In this document: one piece after another, positions 58,432 through 64,000 of the stretch
How the letters are laid out: each line of letters starts with the position of its first letter
Position numbering within the stretch: position 1 is the stretch's first letter
NCBI GenBank assembly: GCA_965205975.1
Contig: OZ242195.1
Span: forward strand, 3,744,001-3,808,000
Direction of reading: 5' to 3'
Origin: Candidatus Latescibacterota bacterium
GTDB taxonomy: Bacteria > Latescibacterota > UBA2968
DNA length: 64,000 nt
Notes under the pieces: generated by a model
Told to the model about the DNA's origin: nothing
What the model saw: only the letters and a program-made list of their open reading frames with translations
The model's database searches: none
Translations under genes and position numbers: made by a program

Positions 58432-59766
58432 TCATAAAATTTTAAGATGTTGATCCAATTCGTAACCCGTCACCTGCGCCCTGTAATTGGCCCATTCGAT
58501 CTTCTTATTCGCAATAAACTTCTCAAAAATGTGATCGCCCAGGGCATTGCGAAGCAAATCGCTACTTTCAGCCAGATCAATAGCCTGTGACAGATCCAGA
58601 GGCAGAGTCTTAATCCCCGCACTTTCCCGCTCAGCACTGGACATCTCAGCCACATTTTTTTCCATAGGCGGCGGCACTTCACAGCGTTTTTCAACGCCCT
58701 CCAACCCCGCAGCCAACATAATTGCAAATGCCAGATAGGGATTGCAGGCCGGATCGGGCGACCGGTATTCGATGCGCGTTGTACTCGCTTTATCTGGCGA
58801 ATAGGCCGGCACGCGCACCAGATCCGAACGATTGACCACCGACCACGTCGTGTACAAAGGCGCTTCATAACCCGGCACCAACCGCTTATACGAATTCACC
58901 CACTGATTGGTCACCAGCGTTATCTCACACGCATGCTCGAGCAAACCCGCAATAAAATACCGCGCCGTATCCGACAGATGGTACTCATCTTCAGCATCGT
59001 AAAACGCGTTAGCCTCTCCCTTAAACAGCGACATATTCGTATGCATACCATTGCCATTGACACCAAAAAGAGGCTTGGGCATAAACGTCGCCCAAACGCC
59101 GTGCTTCACGGCAATCTCCTTCACCACCAAACGATAAGTCATCGCATTGTCCGCCATCGTCAGCGCATCGGTATAAAGCAAATCGATCTCGTGCTGGCTG
59201 GGCGCATCTTCGTGATGGCTGGACGCCACCTCAATCCCCATCTTCTCCAGCGTCAACACCGTATCCCGGCGCAAATCACTCGCCACATCCAGAGACGTCT
59301 GATCAAAATACCCCCCCTCATCCAGACCCACGAGAGGAACCTCGGGTTTCTCAAAATAGAAAAACTCCATCTCTGGACTCACATAAAACGCAAAGCCCAT
59401 ATCGCCTGCGCGTCTCAAATTCTTTTTCAGCACCCAGCGCGGGTCTCCCTGATATGGATTTCCCCCCGGCTGGAGAATATCGCAAAACATACGCGCAACT
59501 GTGCCGCCTTCTTGCGGGCGAAAAGGCAGCACCTGAAAAGTATTGGGATCGGGCATGGCGATCATATCGCTCTCGTCAATGCGCGCAAAGCCCTCTACGG
59601 ACGACCCATCAAAACCGATCCCCTCGATCAAAGCACCATCGAGTTGCTCAACGGGAATGGCGACACTCTTTAGAAAACCCAAAATATCCGTAAACCAGAG
59701 CCTGACAAATTTGACCCCGTGTTCTGACGCGGCATTCAGCACGTATTCGCGGCTTCCTTCGTTCAT
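58432..59766 (-). CDS. glnA: Glutamine synthetase type I
   Basis: FDGSS, ESDM, HHE.AP.QHEI, TFMPKP..G.NG.GMH, NSYKRLVPGYEAP, EYRSPDP.CNPYL. Confidence 0.95.
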   Translation of the reverse strand: MNEGSREYVLNAASEHGVKFVRLWFTDILGFLKSVAIPVEQLDGALIEGIGFDGSSVEGFARIDESDMIAMPDPNTFQVLPFRPQEGGTVARMFCDILQPGGNPYQGDPRWVLKKNLRRAGDMGFAFYVSPEMEFFYFEKPEVPLVGLDEGGYFDQTSLDVASDLRRDTVLTLEKMGIEVASSHHEDAPSQHEIDLLYTDALTMADNAMTYRLVVKEIAVKHGVWATFMPKPLFGVNGNGMHTNMSLFKGEANAFYDAEDEYHLSDTARYFIAGLLEHACEITLVTNQWVNSYKRLVPGYEAPLYTTWSVVNRSDLVRVPAYSPDKASTTRIEYRSPDPACNPYLAFAIMLAAGLEGVEKRCEVPPPMEKNVAEMSSAERESAGIKTLPLDLSQAIDLAESSDLLRNALGDHIFEKFIANKKIEWANYRAQVTGYELDQHLKIL

Positions 59767-59978
59767 GGTTATGACCTGTATTTTAACTGTGAAACAGCAC
59801 CGAAATAATAATCAAACTTACGCTTATTATATTTCGAGCAGGTTTCATAAGTGTTTCGCCAATATTAAAAGCAATGAGATCTATGCACAGAAAATCTATT
59901 TGCTTACCAGGGCATCTTCATATTATTCTTCCTGCGCTCATTCCTTACCACCCATTCCCAAAAGGGAGGACCATCGTT

Positions 59979-61793
59979 ATGAACCTTCGAACATCACCCA
60001 CATACCTGATTCCCATTGTCGGACTGCTCGTGCTGGCCGGCGCCTTCTCCAATGCGCCTCCCGCCCTAGCAGATTGTCCACCCCCGCCCGGCGTGATATC
60101 CCCTGTGGCACCGAGTGTGACGGCGCAACAGGTGGAAGATGGCAGTGCTACCCTGAAGGACTTCACGCTGGCCGCGAGGGAACAATTTGTTATGCAACTC
60201 CAGACGGCTGAGAATCTGGGACAAGTGGTCTATTACGGATGTCTCTTCCGGCAAGAGGGGAGCTATTGGCATTCCGGTTCCACCTACATCGTGGTTATGA
60301 GGGCCGATGGCAGTGTTTTGATTCACGCGAAGAACATGGCATTGTCGAGCAGGCGACTCAACCCCCTTATTTATGCAGAGATCCTTTCTGCCCTGGGAGT
60401 ACCCTCAACCGTTCTGGCCAACCTGGCATCTCCCGATACTGCTATTGCCGCCCAGGCTAATGCCGAAGTGGTTAATATATTGACGCAAGGACCGGATGCC
60501 GCATTCGATGCGACCACCCCTATACCAGACCTGCGACCTGGCATACCGGGAGCCTCCGGCTATGCCGCCGCATATTTTTCGGACTTTTTTAGAGGCCCGC
60601 TTGTGATGATAGCCGGTTTCGAGCTCAATGAAACTCACCTAATTGAAGAAGAGATCGATCACATTACCCCGACCGTTACCGCCAGGGACGTGGTAGATCG
60701 AGAAACCCTGAAAGCTTTCGTCACGGAAGCAGGGGAGTACTGTCTCGAACTTCGGAAAACCGGCAATTTCCCCGGTGGGATCGCCAGGAGCGCACTTCGG
60801 GATCCGGACGGGCCCTGGAGACACGGTTCCGTGTACCTCTATGTACTGGATACTACCAGCAACGTAATCCAAATACACGCTGCATTTCCGAACAGATACG
60901 AGCTTCGACCTCTGATACCGACTGTCCGAGACGCGGTTACCGGAAAACTCATACTACCGCAGGTCATCGAAGCGGCGAAAAGTGACCCGGAAGGCGGCTT
61001 CGTGGAGTATTATTTTGACGATCCCACTGACGACACAGACAGCGCCGATATCCCCAAGGTGGGATACGCACGCGAGTTCAAAACGAAAACCGAGATAGGT
61101 GGAAGGATAATCCCGTACAACTTCATCATTGGGTCGGGTTTTTATGGGCGCGCACCCGACGTTGTCCCGACTGAACCCTATACGAAAGTGGAAGCCACGG
61201 TTATGGGCGACGCCGTCGAGGGATTGACCGTCGAGTTTGCGCGATCCATCGCAGGCCAACAGCCCGACTATGCCTATAACGCCGTCACCGATGCCAATGG
61301 CGCTTTGTCCCTCACCATCTCCAGCGCAGATGGCGTGAGTGGTTACTATCAGGCACGCGCCCGCAACGCCGATGGCGAAACCGTTGGTCAGTGGCACTCC
61401 ATTCCCCTCAATCGCAATCAACGCCAGATCCTGGAACTGACCCTAAGCGGCGGCATGAAGGTCGTACGCGTCGAACCACTGGCCGCAGCCAAGCCCGTGG
61501 TCGAGACAATGCCGGAAGTTAGTGGTCTGGCACCCAACTTTCCCAACCCATTCAACAGCGCCACCCTGATTACCTACCACCTATCCAGCCCCGGTCCGGT
61601 GCAACTGGTAATCTACAATGTGCTGGGGCAGCCAGTACGCACATTGGTGGATCAGTCCCAGGCCGCAGGCTCCTACCAGATACGGTGGGATGTCCTCGAC
61701 CATCGGGGCGTCTCGCTATCGACGGGGATCTACATCGCACGCCTGAGCTATCCCGGTGGGGTGCAGACCCAACGGCTGCTCTACCTCAAGTAA
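59979..61793 (+). CDS. Secreted protein with two Cache-like domains, a prealbumin/carboxypeptidase-regulatory-like domain and a C-terminal FlgD-Ig/T9SS-type sorting domain
   Basis: Signal peptide; W.HG..YLYV.D....H, D..G..I...I..A....GGFVEY.F..P...K.GY Cache-like motifs; C-terminal NFPNPFN..T.I.Y...IYN.LGQ.V..L..STGIY..RL; GGGAGG RBS. Confidence 0.75.
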   Translation: MNLRTSPTYLIPIVGLLVLAGAFSNAPPALADCPPPPGVISPVAPSVTAQQVEDGSATLKDFTLAAREQFVMQLQTAENLGQVVYYGCLFRQEGSYWHSGSTYIVVMRADGSVLIHAKNMALSSRRLNPLIYAEILSALGVPSTVLANLASPDTAIAAQANAEVVNILTQGPDAAFDATTPIPDLRPGIPGASGYAAAYFSDFFRGPLVMIAGFELNETHLIEEEIDHITPTVTARDVVDRETLKAFVTEAGEYCLELRKTGNFPGGIARSALRDPDGPWRHGSVYLYVLDTTSNVIQIHAAFPNRYELRPLIPTVRDAVTGKLILPQVIEAAKSDPEGGFVEYYFDDPTDDTDSADIPKVGYAREFKTKTEIGGRIIPYNFIIGSGFYGRAPDVVPTEPYTKVEATVMGDAVEGLTVEFARSIAGQQPDYAYNAVTDANGALSLTISSADGVSGYYQARARNADGETVGQWHSIPLNRNQRQILELTLSGGMKVVRVEPLAAAKPVVETMPEVSGLAPNFPNPFNSATLITYHLSSPGPVQLVIYNVLGQPVRTLVDQSQAAGSYQIRWDVLDHRGVSLSTGIYIARLSYPGGVQTQRLLYLK

Positions 61794-61810
61794 CGCCGAA
61801 CGCACAAAAC

Positions 61811-61845
61811 AAAAGCCCCTGAAAATAAATTCAGGGGCCTTTTTT
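61811..61845. terminator. Bidirectional terminator
   Basis: aaaagcccctgaa-aataaa-ttcaggggcctttttt. Confidence 0.8.
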
Positions 61846-61867
61846 CGTACGCCTCGTTTAACCCATT

Positions 61868-62374
61868 CTACTGAACCCGCATCCATGTATCAACCCAGGC
61901 CCCCTCATAAGATGCCGTCATTGTATTGCCTTCAAAAACCCACTGCTGCTCATCGTGTGCAATCTCAATTTTATCGCCTTCAACAGTAATCTTGCCCTTA
62001 ACGCTTTTGGCCTTGGGGTAAATCGACATCGGTGCTTCGGCAGAAGACCGATACCCCTGGCGAACCAGCACATGCCTGGCTCGCGTAATCGCCGATGTAG
62101 AAATTTCATACGTACTGGCAGCATAATTAAATCGCCGGGGCGTACCGTCTTTTAAATCCTCGAGCATATTGAGCGTAATATGTGCTTTTCGAGAACTAAT
62201 TGGCTCCCACAAAAGCGACCCTTTTATATGCGGGCCACTCAACACAGTACCATCTTGCAATTGACGACTTTGCAAAACCCAGGTACCCGCCAATTGTGTT
62301 TGCATATCTGACAGACGATCACTGCATCCCTGCATCGCGAACGCGGATAAAAGACATATCATCAGGCGTTTCAT
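61868..62374 (-). CDS. Lipocalin-like lipoprotein
   Basis: Lipobox MQGC; LAGTWVL N-terminal and W.RV C-terminal beta-barrel motifs. Confidence 0.65.
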   Translation of the reverse strand: MKRLMICLLSAFAMQGCSDRLSDMQTQLAGTWVLQSRQLQDGTVLSGPHIKGSLLWEPISSRKAHITLNMLEDLKDGTPRRFNYAASTYEISTSAITRARHVLVRQGYRSSAEAPMSIYPKAKSVKGKITVEGDKIEIAHDEQQWVFEGNTMTASYEGAWVDTWMRVQ

Positions 62375-62622
62375 TTCGATCTCCCTGCAAGTTATCATCC
62401 GAAAAACGAACAGCTACAGTATATTTTTCGATTTGCGCGCTGTCAAGCCAAAAAAATGCGGTGAGAGGTAAGAGGGACTGCTTTTCCGCAGATTTCAGAT
62501 GTGTCGCTAATATTAAAAACTAATGAGATTTATGCATAGAAAACTTATTTGCTTGTCAAGATATCTTTTATTATTCTTCCTGCGCTTATTCCTTACCACC
62601 CATTCCCTTAAGGAGGGCCATC

Positions 62623-64000
62623 GTGAAGAAAACTCGAACATTACCCACACACCTGATTCCCATTGTCGGACTGCTCGTGCTGGCCGGCGTCTTTTCCAAT
62701 GCGCCACCCGCCCTGGCAGATTGTCCACTTCCTCCCGGCGTGACGCCTCCTGCGGAACCGAGTGTGACGGCGCAACAGGTGGAAGATGGAAGCGCTACCC
62801 TGATGGACTTCGCGCTGGCCGTGAGAGAGCGGTCCAGAGAATATGCCCAGGGGGCCGCGACCGCGGAGAACGCAGTATATATCGGATGTATCATAAGGCA
62901 GGAGGATGGGATTTGGCGTTCCGGTTCCACGTACATCGTGAGCCTGACGCTCGACGGCAGAGTGTACGTTCACGCGAAGAACATGGCATTGTCGGGCAGG
63001 CTGCTCAACCCCGTGATTTATGGCGCGATCCTTTTTGCGTTGGGCGTATCCCCAACCGATCTGGCAAATCTGGCGTCTCCCGATCCTGCTACCGCTGCCC
63101 AGGCTTTCGGCGCCGTCGTGGGCACATTGTTGCAGGAACCGGACGGCGCATTCGACGCGACCACCCCTATTCCAGGTCTGTCACCAGGAATACCGGGCGC
63201 TTCGGGCCATGCCGCTGTCTATGTCGAGCCCAATTTAGGGGAGGCTCCGATTGTGATGCTCATGGGATTCGATCTCAATGAATCTCACCTGGTTCCCATT
63301 AGCGATGAAACAATCGATTACGGCGACCCGACCATTACCGCCGAGGAGGTGGTGGACAGAGAAACCCTGAAGGCCTTCGTCACGCAAGCGGGAAATTACT
63401 TTCTTGAAATCCTGAGGTCCGGCGATCCAGCCGCTACTCAGCAAGCCAGGATCGCCTTGCGGGATGAGAACGGACCCTGGAGACACGGCTCGGTGTATCT
63501 CTACGTCCTGGATATTGTCAGCAACATCATCATATTTCACGCAGCGTTCCCGGACAAATACGAGTATCAGCCTCTGGTGCCGACCGTCCATGACGCTGTG
63601 ACCGGAGAGTTCATTCTGCCTCAAGTCATCGAAGCGGCGAAAAGTGACCCGGAAGGCGGCTTCGTGGAGTATTACTTCGACGATCCCACCGACGATACCG
63701 ACAGCGCCGACATTCCCAAGGTGGGATACGCACGCGAGTTCGCCGCTTCAATCCAGAGGGCAGACGGAAGCACAGTCCCGGCTGACTTCATCGTTGGGTC
63801 GGGCTTCTATGGGCGCGCACCCGTTGTTGTCCCGGACGGTCCCTATACGGTAGTGGAAGCCACGGTTATGGGTGACGCCGTCGAAGGGTTGACCGTCGCG
63901 TTTGCGAGATCCATCGCAGGCCAACAGCCCGACTACGCCTATAGCGCCGTCACAGATGCCAATGGCTCTTTGTCCCTCACCATCTCCAACGCGGACGGGG
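62623..64000 (+). CDS. Paralogue of 59979-61793 (Cache-like secreted protein), partial, runs off window
   Basis: Not in the ORF track because there is no stop in the window; frame +1 from GTG 62623 is open to the end and aligns along its length with the first copy (LIPIVGLLVLAG.FSNAPPALADCP...). Confidence 0.85.
   Translation, partial: MKKTRTLPTHLIPIVGLLVLAGVFSNAPPALADCPLPPGVTPPAEPSVTAQQVEDGSATLMDFALAVRERSREYAQGAATAENAVYIGCIIRQEDGIWRSGSTYIVSLTLDGRVYVHAKNMALSGRLLNPVIYGAILFALGVSPTDLANLASPDPATAAQAFGAVVGTLLQEPDGAFDATTPIPGLSPGIPGASGHAAVYVEPNLGEAPIVMLMGFDLNESHLVPISDETIDYGDPTITAEEVVDRETLKAFVTQAGNYFLEILRSGDPAATQQARIALRDENGPWRHGSVYLYVLDIVSNIIIFHAAFPDKYEYQPLVPTVHDAVTGEFILPQVIEAAKSDPEGGFVEYYFDDPTDDTDSADIPKVGYAREFAASIQRADGSTVPADFIVGSGFYGRAPVVVPDGPYTVVEATVMGDAVEGLTVAFARSIAGQQPDYAYSAVTDANGSLSLTISNADG

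Noticed and set aside
59962..59977. 16-bp match AAGGGAGGACCATCGT between the Cache-gene RBS and the 67-bp repeats
   Set aside because: GGGAGGACCA is also the RBS before 26339, so the match is largely a common SD context
62523..63281. 252-aa ORF from the track
   Set aside because: Wrong frame; the real gene is the frame +1 paralogue from 62623 that runs off the window
59979..64000. Diversity-generating retroelement (TR/VR) explanation for the paralogue pair
   Set aside because: Differences are not adenine-specific and include indels and synonymous changes along the whole gene; no reverse transcriptase in the window

Overview
A 64-kb bacterial chromosomal segment, mostly housekeeping and metabolic genes. 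It carries an aldo/keto reductase, a divergent YchF, a sugar ABC transporter, Rel/SpoT, glycogen phosphorylase, a tandem-fused double UvrA, GH5, RNase R, Ni-SOD, CIRCE-groES-groEL, a sialidase cluster, pyrD, rlpA, an ABC-2 exporter, hemE-hemH-hemY and glnA. A C-terminal FlgD/T9SS-type sorting domain, lipoproteins and the TPR-DUF4292 pair suggest a diderm of the FCB radiation, such as Latescibacterota/Gemmatimonadota-like (inference only). About eight small, compositionally distinct toxin-antitoxin or defence-like cassettes lie between core genes, several orphaned or truncated. Several short repeat families also occur: GTAG- and CGTC-type REP palindromes, 7-10 bp microrepeat arms and an 8-mer tandem array. 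The most notable observations are: (1) two paralogous secreted double-Cache-like proteins with an invariant framework and variable loops but no visible signalling output; (2) sodN lying between the two halves of a REP doublet that is intact elsewhere in the window; (3) short repeats that repeatedly sit at gene 3' ends and supply the stop codon, once with a duplicated gene end; (4) a decayed cassette string with a recurring AGGGGC junction motif; and (5) several core proteins with degenerate catalytic motifs (YchF, Rel hydrolase, a receiver domain, Ser-type PyrD). I found no rRNA, tRNA, CRISPR array, integrase or transposase. All family assignments are from motif recognition by eye, not database searches.
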